The notes under the pieces: model-generated
What the model saw: the letters and a program-made list of their open reading frames with translations, nothing else
The model's database searches: none
Told to the model about the DNA's origin: nothing
Shown here: positions 1 through 13,497 of the stretch, piece by piece
Numbering within the stretch: position 1 is the first letter of the stretch
Layout of the letters: every line of letters starts with the position of its first letter
NCBI RefSeq assembly: GCF_018350175.1
Contig: NC_058368.1
Span: forward strand, 122,576,001 to 122,640,000
Length of the DNA: 64,000 bases
Origin: Felis catus
Taxonomy: Eukaryota
Reading direction: 5' to 3'
Translations under genes and position numbers: made by a program

Positions 1-2112
1 GGTCTTACTGCCGATCACATCCCTACGGGGGTGAGAGAGCCTGTGTTGCTGCCCAAAGCCCAACTCAGTCCTATTCAGCCCGCAGCAGAGACACTAGTGT
101 TCTCCCATTCAATCAGCAGCAGCTCCTTTTTGGATGGATATGACATTCTGGTTAGCCTATGCAGCCCATCACTTTTAAAAATACCAAAAATAGCTTGCAG
201 ATGCCCGGTGCTTGCATAATGTAAACCAGCCACTGCCCTTGGTGGGTGCGGCTCAGCCGACAGACTCTAAAACTTGGCAGGGCCCTGCTGGCGGCTCCCA
301 AGCTGCCCTTTGTTCCAAAGGGATGAGCCCCTGGAGCCCCTGACCACAGGCGAATGTGGCCACCTCCCTGCATCGCCCAGACTTCTGGAGCAAACCTGGG
401 GTTCAGCTCTCTGCACAACATCACTGGAGAAGGTGGCCGGGTGTGCTCTGCCTTGAAGAGGGGTAGGTCCCTCCTACGCCCATCCCACCCTCTTTACACC
501 TGTGCTGACCACGCCACTCCCCACGCCCTCGGTCCTGGCACCCGTGATCCCGTGCCCTCGTGGCACAGCAGGTTTCCAGGACCTTGACAGCATGACTATC
601 TTTGGAAGGTTACATCACCCTCCAGCTTCACCCAAAAGGGTTTCCAGGATTGTCCAGATCTGCGGCAGAGAGGCTTTTTACTAAAAAGGAGACGGGAACA
701 GGAGTGGGGTGGGGGGGGAAGGGGGGGTTGGAAAAACAAACCAGGGAACAAAAATAGACTTTGCTCAGAAATCCCCTGGCTGCTGCTACAGGAATCAATC
801 TTGCCAGCAAATTGCTACAATGACCAGCATTTAGGAAAAGTTTCACCAACAGTGCTGATCACCCTGGCCCTACTCACAGCATGTAAACAGCTTTCCAATC
901 CTTCACATGGAAGCAGCCAGTAGCTTAACCTCTCTGAGCTTCAGTTTCTTCCACCAGCAACACTACCAACTGCCCAGAGCAGCAGCAAGGACAACTGAGG
1001 TAATCAGCACAGTTCTAGGTATAAGCTAGGGCTCCACAGAAAGGACCCATAATACATATTATGAAATAGGTATAAATTATTTTAACTGGGAAATGATATC
1101 ATTAGACACAGAGGAGTTTCTGGGGTTCTGACAGTGCTCTGCTTCTCCAAGTGGGTGCTGGTTACACAAGTGTATTCGGCTTGTGAAAAACCCTTGTATC
1201 TTTATGATTGGGGCACTTTTCTGTATGTGTGTTACATTTTCATTTTATAAAGCCTCTAGAAGAGATGGGCAACAGGGATACACGGACGTCTGGTTCTGCC
1301 TCCTCTTACCTGCTGTAGAGTGTGGGGCTGGGGATAACAAAGCAAGAGCCAGGCTCCCTTCACCCACACAGAGCGCTCTCAACACACCCCAGGTGCCAAC
1401 CCCAGGCTGGCCTCCCAAAGCCAATATGCTGTCAGCCACACGGGCAGCCACGTCCCCACTCTGTGTCCTGTGTCAGCAGCTGAAGCTGCCGACATCCCAA
1501 ACACATGCAATCAGCCACTAGTGACCTTTTATTCACTCGTCAGGGGCTAAGAAGTCACTATTCATCACCCATCTTACATGTGGGAAACTCCCATTCCTGG
1601 ACTTCATCACACAAAGCGACAGACATAATGTCTGTGAGACGCCCACTCCCCCTACTATCCATATCGCTAATATTTTATTTTGCAGGACTCAGAATATAAC
1701 ATGGACATGTCTTTAAGATTCACACTGATTAAGAAAGGATTTGGGGATTTACCTCTCCAGCTGAATAACTGTGGAGTACACTCCAACCCGTGTTATCTTT
1801 AGAGAGATTAGGGATCAGAAGTAAACATTTCCCTTACATTTCTTTTCTCAGAGTCCCCTGAGTTGGGTCAGTCAGAAGCAGTCTTTGGAAAAAAGGTTCT
1901 GGGATTGCTATCTGGTATTCACAGAGACTCTCACCTTCCAGCAATACTTGCTCATATACACCGTGTGCACATGTGCCTAGGAAAGGCGGGCTGAACACAA
2001 ACCCTCAAATGAGCAGCGGCCATAAGGTATTGCAGTAAGAGGAGTCTTCCAGAAGATGCTGGAAAGCAGAGCACCTGCCCCTCCTCCATCCCCCAGCCCC
2101 CGTGCAACTCAC

Positions 2113-2181
2113 CTCCTCTGGTCTGCTCAGCACATGGCCTTCCGGACCAGTTATCCCCATTTCCAACATCCGGGTTTGCTC
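2113..2181 (-). CDS. DPYSL3: DPYSL3 exon 7 (69 nt), [23 protein letters not shown]
   Basis: Read manually; acceptor ctcattgtag|GAG, donor GAG|GTGAGT; phase 0 on both sides. Confidence 0.96.
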
Positions 2182-3467
2182 CTACAATGAGATAAGAACA
2201 CAGACCAGTTTTGAGATAAGCTCCACTGAGGTCTAGAAAAGCTGTGCTGGTGTAATTTAATCTGAAGAAGTGTTCAAGGGAACAAAAAGAATAAAATGCG
2301 TATGTTGAATACATTTGTTAATGCTCTATCTGGAATTGCGAAATAGGGTCAAGTCTTAAATAAGAGGAGAAAAAAATCATTTAAGGGTGGCTTTTTTAAA
2401 TTAAAAGGATGGCAGTCTGTTAGAGGATCATTTTTTTTTTTTTTTTCTACATGACACATCAAAAGTCACACCAGCTCACTTACTGCTGACAGTTTCATGC
2501 TGTGTCTCCCAAGGTCTGGTACACCTACCACCTACATCAGAATCCCCTGGGTTGCCTTTCCTGGCTGAGCAGCTCTGTGGTCCTCTCCAAGTCAAAATAC
2601 AGAGGCTAAATTCTAGGAATCTGCACTGTAACAAAGCCCCGAGGCTATTTTGTCGTTTGAATTTATGGCTGAAGTAAATGGACTCAGAATTAAACAAGAC
2701 AAAATAATGCCTCCAAACAGCATTAACTGAGTTACTCTTTGGGTCAGATTCTATTTAATTAGGTTGTTTTGTGGCAGAACTGCCCACCCCTCACAGCTAA
2801 TGGCTAAATCCTTCAGACTTCTGGCCAGCTTTCTGGAAGAAGCAGGTGGCTGGGCAGTGAGCACACACGTGGGCTAATTGGAACTGGCAGAAATCCTAAG
2901 CCTCCATATCTGCAGTTTGGCTGGCCTTTGCTCCCAAAATGCTAAGGCCAAATCCGATGAAACCCTGCCCTGGCAGGGAAGGAGAGGGAGGACGGAGAGT
3001 GAAGGGAACGAAACCTCGTTTCACTTCGAAACTATGAGATGTTTAGAAGGGAAGGGATTCCTTCTTTCTGGAAAAGAAAATCTAGTTTTTCTTGGTTTTG
3101 TTTTGTTTTGTTGTTTTGTTTTGTTTTGCTTTGAGTAATATAAATTTTGCTTAAGGTGTAGGAAGAAAGACACATATCGTATATTCCAAGCTGCTGTGAG
3201 CAGTGAAATGCTCACAGTGTCCAGCTATGCAGGATTAGAACAAAGGCCAGAGGCCGATTATTACAGCCAAGTTCACTTTTCATTCTTACTGTTCCATTTA
3301 TGGAGCCTTAGACTGAATACGATTTCTTCTGAACGCTGGTGAGTTTCCACCCTGCTTTGCCTCCTCAAGTCACACAAAGGTCGAGGTGTCCAACCAAAGC
3401 TTCTCCTGTCTCATAGGACACTCATGTTCAAGAGGGCTGGGATGGCGCACGGGAGGAAGCTTGCTCC

Positions 3468-3630
3468 AGAGGTGGTTTCCAAGCACATTCAAATCATCAA
3501 GGGAACTTTTTCAAATTATGCTTGCCTGAAGTTTACTACTGACCTCCTAAATCAGAATCTCTGGAAGTTGGAGAATCTCAGGAATCCCTAAGCTCCACAG
3601 GTGATTTCAATGCACTGCTCATGCTGGGAA
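3468..3630. mobile_element. MER5-like hAT non-autonomous relic (similar relics near 2505-2650 and 19870-20060)
   Basis: gtggtttccaa...cctaaatcagaatctctgg...caggtgatttcaatgca layout. Confidence 0.55.
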
Positions 3631-3639
3631 GTCCATTCT

Positions 3640-3839
3640 TTTTTTTTTTTTTTAACATTTATTTATTTTTTGAGAGAGAGACAGAGTGCAAGGAGAGAAG
3701 GGACAGAGAGAGAGGGAGTCCCGGAATCCAAAGTAGGCTCCAGGCTCTGAGCTGTCAGCACAGAGCCTGACGTGGGGTTCGAACTGATGAACCTAAGCCG
3801 AAGTTGGAGGCTTAACCGACTGAGCCACCCAGGTGTCCC
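3640..3839 (-). mobile_element. Can-SINE with internal deletion
   Basis: Reverse-oriented tRNA-like head, (CT)n region and A tail; degenerate TSD gaagtcc(c)attctt. Confidence 0.85.
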
Positions 3840-5983
3840 TGAGAAGTCCCATTCTTAAAGGCCATGGTGTTCCTAGAGCTGGGAGGTCAGGAAGGGCATG
3901 CAAAGACCCAGTGAAGTCAGCTTGCCTGGGTGCAGGAGCAGTGGGCTCCTTGGGGCACTGATCATTGCTGTAATCACATCACAGTTTGGGGGGCAGGATA
4001 CGATTTTGGTTTACTCCATGAGGAAAGGGACCCTGTCATTTTCATCTTCCCTCCCCAAGGCTTGGCACATAGTAGGTGCTCAATAAATACCGTCAGATGA
4101 TGAGCTCAAGATGCTGTGCTCTCAGAATGCCCTGCCAGCCTGAAACTGTTGAAAATGTCCATCGTGGGTATCCTTGAGAGAGATTTCTTCTCGCTCTTTG
4201 GTGATATTTGCCTAAACTCTGAGTACAGCAGCTGCCTTCATTTAGACAACATGATAAAATCTTTAGGCTCCACCTCCATGTAATCAACACACACAAGAAA
4301 CTCATCCAAGTGGAAAAACGCCCTTATTCTTTCCCTGACTGAGAACAGATCTTTCACAAGGTAGGGGAGAGTGGGGGCGGGGGGAACCAGAAATATATCT
4401 GTGCTGTGGAGCCACAAGAGGAAGCTGGACAAGGGGCTTAGCAATGGCAACCTGTCTGCCTCCACAGGGCTTAGAAGGAAGTAGCAGGGAGTTTGGTTTC
4501 TAGGGCATCTGGAGGGAGGGCTGGGGCCTCTGGCTGCTGCACTAAAAACGTGGAGAAAGAGGAGGAGTAACAGCCCTAACACGACCAGGATGCCTCCCAC
4601 AGGCACTGGACCCTCTTTGGAAAATGATTTCATTATCTCTGGGTGTGTGGGGGACGTGGGAGAAGGCTGTCAGGGACCTGACTAATTAATCTCCTTGGTC
4701 AGCAAGAGGAAACGACACATTCAGCTCACCTCCTCCGCTGGTGAGACAACATCCAGCGTCTGCAATGGTAACAGCTGGAGCCCGGCTCTGTGGGGACGCT
4801 GCCTCGCGGAGGCCCTGCAGCCGGACTGGGGGAGCAAAGGGCCCAGGACACACCAACTCTGGGGGAGGATGCCCACTGAGCCACCCTTTGAGCTAAGATT
4901 TTCTTCCAGTTACTGGCTGTGATACCTGGGCCCGTGACTTGATCCTCTGAGCCCAATATGCTCATCTACAAAACCAGGCAGATAGCAGCCATCTTTCAAG
5001 GGTGCAGGGCAGATCAAGTGAAAATGTGCTAGAGCACTTCCCAGTGCCTACTGTAGTCAGTGTTCGCCAGAGGGTACCTGCTGCTGGAGGCCAGTGGGGC
5101 TGAGATAAGAGCTGGCCCCACACTGTTCCCACACCCCTGCTGACCACATTCACCAACTCTTGGGCAACTCTAAAGAATGCGTCTTTGGGGGCTCACCTCA
5201 GTAGCCTCGTGCCTGGCACAAAATGCACAGGAAATACTCTTTGAAAGAATGAGTAATGGATTTTTCTGTGAAGGTTATTAAATGGACCGAGAGAGCTCCC
5301 ACTCTTCTGGCTGCTTCCTCCTAGTGGGGGCCAATCTTGAATGCTTCTGACATCAACAAAACCCTGGCTAAGAGACATCTGTGCATCCAGCCCATTAAGC
5401 GACCCAGGAGATGGAGAGAGTGCTTTCTGCTTCCTCACAAACGATCACTTTGGGCCTCGGGGCCTCACTTTCCTCACTCCTGCGTCGGGTTTCTCAGTCC
5501 AACTTCTAGGAAACCAGGGGGGCATCTGATCCCCACAGACCTACGTTCTTTATTATCTAAAGCCATGAGTTCCGCAGTCCTGGATGAGATTTCTGAGACG
5601 TGCTGCCTTACGGTTTTTCTCTGGGGCAGAGAATGTCACATAGCTTGGACTCACTTCGAAAAGAGAATCAGCCATGCTCTCCCACTTAAATGGTCCAATT
5701 TGAAAACCTCGCCCGCGATGCCTTCTCTGATTCCCCAGTATGGCCAGACGGCTCCCTGTTTTAGAGCGGCCTCCCCTTTCTCCCTCAACTTGTCTTCATT
5801 CCACCTTTTTCCCTCCTCCTAGATTGGGAGGTTGTTGGGGCAGGTTCTGTTTTTAGCACAGCGTTTATGAGCGTGCCTTGCACACATTAAGAGCTCAAGC
5901 AATACTGAAGGAATGAGGAGAGAGATGGGCTGAAGACCAGAGCTCGTGCAGACAGCGTGCTCCGGGGAGCTGCACAACATCAC

Positions 5984-6064
5984 CTGGGCAATGATATCCC
6001 CGTTCTCAGCATGAACTTGCGCAATGGCTCCCAGCTCTCCCAGACAGGTGAAGATCTCGTACAG
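5984..6064 (-). CDS. DPYSL3: DPYSL3 exon 6 (81 nt), LYEIFTCLGELGAIAQVHAENGDIIAQ
   Basis: Within ORF 5819..6148(-); acceptor tttctcttgcag|CTG, donor CAG|GTGATG. Confidence 0.96.
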
Positions 6065-6980
6065 CTGCAAGAGAAAGGACTCGTTGTCACCTTCACAAGG
6101 CACGGATGCTTCCAGCAACTTCACACAAGGGTCACTCACTAGAGCCATAAATAAACCAAATGAGGAGAACCAGAGGAAACCAGCGATTAGAGCGAGAAAT
6201 ACAGACTAAAATATGCATGACCAAAGAGTGCGAGTCCAAAGGAACTCTAGGAAACCGTCTATACAAAGAACGTGTCATGTCTCCTCGGCAGACAGGGCGA
6301 ACGTGTAACAAAGTGCTGTCGAGACTTTAACTCTGCCTCCAGCACACGTTTTTGATGGTATAATTTCCCATTTTGCTGAGATAGACCTTCACTATTCTTC
6401 TCCACAAGTGCTCCCGAAAGCTGCTACAGCCTGGCCAGGAGTTAAAGCGAAAGCTGAAACCCCTATTTCTTAACCCATCAAGGCAGACCTCCCTTCACCT
6501 CCCAACCAGGAGGCATGGGAACTAACTTCTTGCATTTCCTCTGAAAACGTGAGATTCGTCTAAAACCAACACAGGCCACGAGAATGCCTTCGGGAGAGTC
6601 ACGGGCAAGCTATTACCCCAAACAGCAGAAACCCCTCCTTAACCCCGCCTGTGTCTTGCAGGATATAGCTCACACTTGTGCTGAGCTCCTGAGGGGCTTA
6701 GGGCTTGTTTGGCAGACACAGATTTTGGCATACCCTTCCTCCCCTCCTTTGGAGAAAGCTGCTGCCAGTGGAAATTCTAGCTCCTGGTCTGCCCTGCCAT
6801 GGGCACCCTGCCTGTTACCTTATTTATTCGCAGTGCCATGGACTGCGAGGGCTCTAAGAAGCACTCTGGCCCAGCAGTCTCCCACAGCGACCACAGTGAC
6901 TAATGCTCAAAGAGCCAAGGTCATAGCAACAATAGGAAACCCATCCAGATACCCCAAACCACACAGCAATGGCTTGTTAC

Positions 6981-7042
6981 CTCTGTGTTGGACACTTGAT
7001 ACAAATCCTTATAGGCCATGTAAACCATGAAGGAGTTAACCC
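6981..7042 (-). CDS. DPYSL3: DPYSL3 exon 5 (62 nt), (G)VNSFMVYMAYKDLYQVSNTE
   Basis: Read manually; acceptor ctctcttgcag|GG, donor GAG|GTAACA. Confidence 0.96.
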
Positions 7043-9084
7043 CTGCAAGAGAGGGAAGGGAGGGAGAACAGGAGGAAGACAACATTAGCCCAAGCACTCT
7101 CTATCCTTTGCTCTCATCGCCCATGGGGCCCGACCGAGTGCATTATGGGCACCTGTCCAATATAAAGCAGATGCTTCCCATTCTCCATTCTCCCCGCACC
7201 TAGAAAAACAACAATGCCTACGTGGGGTCACAGCAGAACAGGCTCTTCTGTGCCTCTTTCTTGCCTTGCCCCCTAACCCCCATTCCCCTCCCCAGAGGGT
7301 CAGCAAGCTTTGCTGCTGCTCGAGGCAGTATTTTTTCATTGAGAATCACTGTAGCACACGAGTCAGGCTCACACACTGCGGCTGCACCACATTCTAGCTC
7401 AGCGAGCTGGGAATACCTCACCTCTTCGTTTCCTCACCTGTAAAATGGAAAATTTACAATAGCCTGCTTCATAAGGCAGCTGGAAACGTTAAATGAGCCA
7501 ACACATACCGAACTCTTAGCACCAGACCTGGCACATACTTGAGCTTCATTAATGGAGCTCCTGGGATTGGGTTTATTTCACTGCTTAATGAATGCCTGCT
7601 CTACACGAAGCCTTGCCGGCTATTGCCTCTAAGACAGCGACCATGGCCTCGGGAAACTACAGAGCTGATGGGCAGAGGTCAAGGTCCACCTTCTGCTTAA
7701 ATATCCAAGTTGTAAGCATTGCTAGGAAAGAGCTATTTAATTTTTCACCCCAAAGTAAACCATTAATATAGTAATTTATATAAGTAGGTGGGGCTAGGGA
7801 ACAGAGAATCATTTTGAGGAAAGGAGGATAATTTTGGTCTCCAACCATTAGGGCCATCTCAGCCCACATTGTTCCAGGCCAAAAGTGGGTTGTAATTTGA
7901 GAACTTCCCGACCCAGAGTGGTTCAGCTCAGGGCAGCTTTTCCCAACACTACCCTTCCCATAAGCCTCTTTGTCATCCGCGGAATGATCCGGGCCCTTTG
8001 GCAGAGAAGTGGGTGTTAAGGCCGTTCCATTTTCTACCCTACTGGAGATGTCCAGAGTGAGAGGCATCACAAGAAAGAAGGGGGTTACTTCCACATCCTG
8101 TATCAGGAAGGTCTGAGCAGAGCTTGGGAGCAGGGTGAGGGGGGAGATGGAAAGAAAAACCTCATCCTCTGGGAACCCATCCTCTCCCCTCCAACCCGGA
8201 GCACACTCTCTTCCACTGCACTCGGCATCTGCATTAAGGCAGCTCACTGGTAATAGGATCACTACATTTGTGTTATAACATTGTACGTTACTATGCTAGC
8301 ATTCATTAGTACTAATATTGTAATATAATTAGTATGAGGCTAATACTATTACAATAATATTCTGCACCTTGCAGCATTTATCCTGTTCCTCTTTACTGGC
8401 CTGCTTCCTTTTGCCCTGAACGTTCAAGGGAGACCATTCCCATACTTCCCTAAATCCCCCAGGCGATGTGATGATGCCCAGCATATTGCATGTCTGTGTG
8501 CGTGTGTGGGGGGCAGTGCGTGTATGTGAAATATCTTATGATCAAGGACAAGGAAACATAAGTCATGTGCTCACTGAGGGGACACACACACACATTTCCA
8601 TGTCCTAAGCTCCTAGCCTGAGTAAGAACGTATCTTCGCCCCCAGAAATGCCGCGGCCTTTTCTGAGGATGCCACTGTTTTAGAACAGTAGTGGTTTGAT
8701 CTTTGCGGTGAAAGTTACAAAGGTCAAAAATTCCTGCTCTCATATTTAGTAGCTTTGTGACCTTCTGTACGATGTTAGCCTCTCCTGGGCTCAGTTTTTT
8801 CCTCTGTAAAACAGGCAGGGCCGTGTGGAGGCAAAGGGCATAGACTTTGGGTATAGCTACTGCTTACTAGCTCTGTGAGCCTGGGCCACTTATTCTGAGC
8901 CTCAGGCTCTCCATCTGCAAAGTGAGGAGAAGAATCTTCTTTGTGGGGACCCTGGAGGGAGTAAGATGGCATACATTAACACAAGGTGCCTGGAACACAG
9001 CAGTTGCCCTGCACCTAGCACCTAGCTCAAGGTTCCAGACTCCAAGCAAAGAGAAGGGGGGGGGGGGGGCGCACAGAGGCTCAC

Positions 9085-9249
9085 CTTTGTCCTTGATGAG
9101 GTTCTGCACCTCCTGCTTGACGCTGTCATTCCAGTGGGTGATGTCCACGTGCAAGGCATAGTCACAGCAGCTCTTCCCATCTGCCCACTCTCGCCACTTC
9201 TCGTAGGCCTCGGTTAGGCTGGCCTCGGGCTCAGGCACCACGTGGTCAA
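9085..9249 (-). CDS. DPYSL3: DPYSL3 exon 4 (165 nt), DHVVPEPEASLTEAYEKWREWADGKSCCDYALHVDITHWNDSVKQEVQNLIKDK
   Basis: Within ORF 8867..9271(-); acceptor ctgttgttcag|TT, donor G|GTGAGC. Confidence 0.97.
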
Positions 9250-9399
9250 CTGAACAACAGAGGCCCCACATGGGTAACTCATGGATCCAGCCATTGCTCC
9301 CCTGCTCCCACGTGCTTAGCTAGGGCTGCAAAGCCTCCACTTCCTGAGCGTGGAATTAACCTTAGAAAGTGTTCTCAGGCAGTTTCCAGATGGCTGATA

Positions 9400-9612
9400 A
9401 TTGAACTGTCACTTACCCATGTTGCTCTTGGACAAACTACTAGCCTCTCTAAACCTCGGTTTTTTTATCCTTGAAATGGGTGCTCAGGGAGATGGAGGAT
9501 GGAGTGTCATAGTGCCTTCCTTCTAATTGTGTTGTATGATTCAAAGGGAAAATGCATGAAAAGTATCTCACCTGATGCCTGGCACATAGTAAATGCTCAA
9601 TAAATGTCAATG
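9400..9612 (+). mobile_element. MIR
   Basis: Core ctcggttttttta and 3' end tgcctggcacatagtaaatgctcaataaatg. Confidence 0.7.
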
Positions 9613-9847
9613 AATGTCCACCATGTGCCATTATTGCCAGTATTACAGGAAGTCACTGCTAGTGAAGAAAGTCAGACTCCCTTCTACGGGTGGAAGGAGG
9701 GACTTCAAATTTATGTCAGGTAAGAAGACAGTGACATCCTTGTGCTCACCACCATAGGAAAGAGCCAGTATCAGGTACGTGAACTTGAAGCTCCGCCCGC
9801 AGATCTTATTTCCACACAAACATTTTGCCAAGAATAAGTTTTCTTTT

Positions 9848-10046
9848 GGAGCGCCTAGGTGGCTCAGGCAGTTGAGCGTCTGAATCTTGATTTCGGCTCA
9901 GGTCATAATCCCAGGGTCGTGGGATCGAGCCCCATGTCAGTCTCCATGCTGAGCTTAGAGACTGCTTAAGGTTCTCTCTCTCTTTCTCTCTCTCTCCCTC
10001 TCCCCCTCTGCCCACTGTGCCCTCTCTCTCTCTAAAAATTAAAAAA
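9848..10046 (+). mobile_element. Can-SINE, older subfamily
   Basis: GCGCCTAGGTGGCTCAG head, GGGATCGAGCCCC B-box region, CT repeat and A tail. Confidence 0.85.
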
Positions 10047-10109
10047 GAAGTGTTCTTTGAGGCCCAAATCTACTCCTATAATGTGTGCAACCTTGGACAG
10101 CAGCTTTAA

Positions 10110-10700
10110 AAATAATGACATTCACACCTGATGAGAATAACACAAAAGTGACACTCACAGCTCCCTTGGGGCAGTTGGGGGAAGTGCAAATTGCTACAAC
10201 ATTCCTGAGAACAATTTTGATATATACATCAAAAATCTGAGATTTTTCATACCTTAACTCAGTAATTATTCCTGGGCCTAAGAACTAGTCCTAATAAAAC
10301 ATGGCTGTCTGTAAAATCTGAGCACTATAGATGTTTGCCACTGCAAATATTATTTAAATGTTTATAAAAGTGAAAACTTGGAAATCACCAAAACCTTTAA
10401 CAATAGAGAAGTTCAGCTAAATAATAAACATGCCTTCCTACAATGGATGATTAGGCACCTATTTTAAATGCTCCAGTGGAATAAAACTAAGTGAATGGAA
10501 AGACACTCGTGACATGGTTATTTAGTGAAACGGTGGATTAAAACACCACTAAAACACAGTATGTCTATTAGGGTCTATTTTTGTTAAATAGGAAGAAAAC
10601 TACAGCCACACTCTGACAGTGATGTGAGCTTTATAGGTTTGCTTTTCCTGCTGCATATCTACAGTTTTTAAATTATCTACAAAGAACACATACAGTTTTG
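10110..10700 (+). mobile_element. Ancient L1ME-like fragment
   Basis: Degenerate L1 3' region (gtgcaaattgctacaac...gaaaacttggaaatcacc...acaatgga). Confidence 0.55.
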
Positions 10701-11946
10701 TGTCTCTCTGTATGGTTTTCTCTCAACACCCACAACTCTGACTTTCCTCCCCTCCCTCCCTCACATTGAGGACCAAGCACAACACATGTTCCCAGGACAC
10801 TGAACAGGTCCAACGCCTTGCCCGATGGCAGAAAGCCAAACCAACATCTCTGGTGTCCTCAGCCTCCTACCACAGGCAGCCCACGTGTGCTTATCAGAAA
10901 GCAAACGCGAGGAGCTGCATTACTGAGGCATGCACCGGGGCCTCTGTGGGCAGGCGGCTGCAGGGAAGGCAGCTGGCTTCCTCCCTTCAGCTGGAGAAAA
11001 GCTTTGGTCTCCCTGAATTGCACCTTTTATGGCCTTGAGGCAGTTTTCCTGGGCTTCCACACCCAACTAGCTGAAGCTCAACCCGGCTGGTGCTCCCATC
11101 AAAAGGAGGCAAAAGACAATGAATAAACTCTACAGCTCAGGCTGTTCTGTGTTCTTGGATGGATGTATACGGTGTTAAAATAAACAGTGCTCTTGCTGAC
11201 CAAGTTTAGGGCCGAGCCTGGGATGGGACCCACTGCCCTGGGATTCCTTTGGGACAGGAAGGACTGCCCTGGAATGCTATGTGTTCAGTCATGCAATGGC
11301 ATGCAACATCCTAGGTTTCTCTGGAATTGCAACTGTTCCCAGAAAAAAAAAAAAAAAAAAGACAAAACAGAAACAAAAAACAAAGGAAACCACCCCCACA
11401 GCTTGCCTAATCTTAAGATACGAATTGGTCAAAACCCAGTGCAGACCAGATAACAGTAAACGGCAATGAACCCCCTGGTTTCTCCAGAACCACAGGTCTC
11501 CATTATCTTTCCCTCTCTGGGATGCTTAGCCCTGTTCACACTGCTCTGCCTGTGCTCTCTGCCCCCTCCTGCCTCAAGCCCAAGTGCGAAGTTCTGAAAT
11601 AACATGTTGCCCATCTCCACACTTTGGCCCCTCAGACTCTTCCCAGTGTCTGGCCCAGAGAGAAGTGCTGATTCCCCACCCACTGCACACCCACACCCTG
11701 CTCTGAGGCAGACGAGAGAGGACAGCTGCCTTCATGGCCAGGAGCCTCGTGAATCTCGTCTATCCAATTTCAGTGACCTGCCAGCATCCTCACTGCCATC
11801 TGCTTTCCTCGGGTCCCATCAGGCAGATGGCCAATGCTCTGAGTTGAGAGATGTGTACGAGCTATGGCCAGAGAGCAACAGGGGTTAACACGTTAGTTAA
11901 ACAGGCACTCGTCGGGACCAGGAGTGTGGAGGATTGGGCGGCTTAC

Positions 11947-12131
11947 TGATCATGGTGGTGCCCCCCGCTAAGGCAGCCTTCGTCCCTTGGAAGAAGTCAT
12001 CCACTGTGGTCATTCCTTTGTATGGCATCTGGAAGTGAGTGTGGACATCGATGCCTCCCGGGATCACCATCTTCCCATTGGCCTCGATGGTCTTCACTCC
12101 TCCAGGGACAATCAGATTGTCTCCAATTTGC
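11947..12131 (-). CDS. DPYSL3: DPYSL3 exon 3 (185 nt), [61 protein letters not shown]
   Basis: Within ORF 11897..12151(-); acceptor tctcaccag|G, donor A|GTAAGC; phases match both neighbours. Confidence 0.97.
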
Positions 12132-12416
12132 CTGGTGAGACAGTAAAGCAACCGACGATTTCAAAGAAGCAACTCTGAAGACAAACACAATACTGAGAGG
12201 ATTTGAGACACTGTAACGTATATTTATCAGAGTGATCTTTGCAAGTGATTCACCAGCCTCACAATCTAGAAACCAAGCAAGACAGGCATACACTCAGAAA
12301 ACAACTTCTACGGACTCAAAACAAGCTGATCTGCTTTTTGGTGGAGACATGTTTCTTGGCTTGTACTGCAACCCCAGCACTTGGCAGGGTCTGCAATATA
12401 GAATGTGAAATAAACA

Positions 12417-12636
12417 TTTTATTTTTTTTAATTTTCTTAATGTTTATTTACTTATTTTTGAGTGAGAAACAGTGTGTGAGCGGGGGAGGGGCAGAGAGAG
12501 AGGGAGACACAGAATCTGAGGCAGGCTCCAGGCTCTGAGCTGTCAGCACAGAGCCTCATGCAGGGCTCGAACCCACAAACGGCGAGATCATGAGCTGAGC
12601 TGAAGTCAGATGTCCAGCGAGTCACCCATGCACCCC
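12417..12636 (-). mobile_element. Can-SINE
   Basis: Reverse-complement SINEC body, about 290 nt upstream of exon 3. Confidence 0.85.
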
Positions 12637-13239
12637 ATAAATATATTTTTTTTTAAATAGAGGTGTTTTTGTTACCCCTTTCATTGTGTTCTTTATTTTA
12701 GTGAAGGATGAAGAGTAACATTTGGAAAAACAAATAAGGAACCATTAGGAGAGACTGAAGGAGGTCATGAATCATTTAAAGAATACGTATGTGAAGTTAG
12801 CTATCCTCGAAGTGAGTCCACCCATGGACTGAGAAGAATCTGAGTGGGTCATTTTACACCTCATTCTTCACTCCCAAGTCCACCCTTCCCCCTGATAATT
12901 AATCTGTCAGTCACAGCCAAGGGCAGGTTCGAAAGGAGGAAGCCAAAGACACAGACACCCAGGTGGTGGGCAGGATCTTGGCAGAAGCTTCGAGGCCAGG
13001 AACGTGATAAGGACAACCTCTACCAGACACACCTTTGCCCATGAAGCTTCAGCGAATCCCCGGGAAGAAGAATGGGGGACTCAGGTGGGAAGGAAGCTGA
13101 TGAGTACTCCAGAGACACAGTACCTACACAAGGTAAGTAACTAAGACACCTACTCCTGGCAAAATGTTACCTTACAGACCATCTAGTGTTGCTTGGTTTA
13201 CATGTGATTTCACACTGTTGATTTAAATGGCCAGTTCAC

Positions 13240-13281
<42 letters not shown>

Positions 13282-13284
<3 letters not shown>

Positions 13285-13497
13285 AGGCACCTGGGTGCCT
13301 TAGTTGGCTGAGCGTCCGACTTTGGCTCAGGTCACAATCTCACAGTCCATGAATCTGAGCTCCCCCATTGGGCTCTGTGCTGACAGCTCAGAGCCTGAAG
13401 CCTGCTTCGGATTCTGTGTCTCCCTCTCTCTCTACCCTTTGCCTGCTCGTGCTCGCTCTCTCTCTCTCTCTCAAAAATAAATAAACATTAAAAAAAA
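13282..13497 (+). mobile_element. Can-SINE preceded by A41
   Basis: GGCACCTGGGTG head through AATAAATAAACATTAAAA tail; see findings for the TSD placement. Confidence 0.85.

Noticed and set aside
7657..8262. 201-aa ORF in intron 4
   Set aside because: Non-ATG start, no recognisable homology, and no place in the contiguous CRMP4 exon chain.
9056..9069. Long G homopolymers (also near 27146, 34619, 45281, 54659) as functional G-quadruplexes
   Set aside because: Simple homopolymers with unreliable assembled length; one lies inside dead ERV sequence; nothing supports function.
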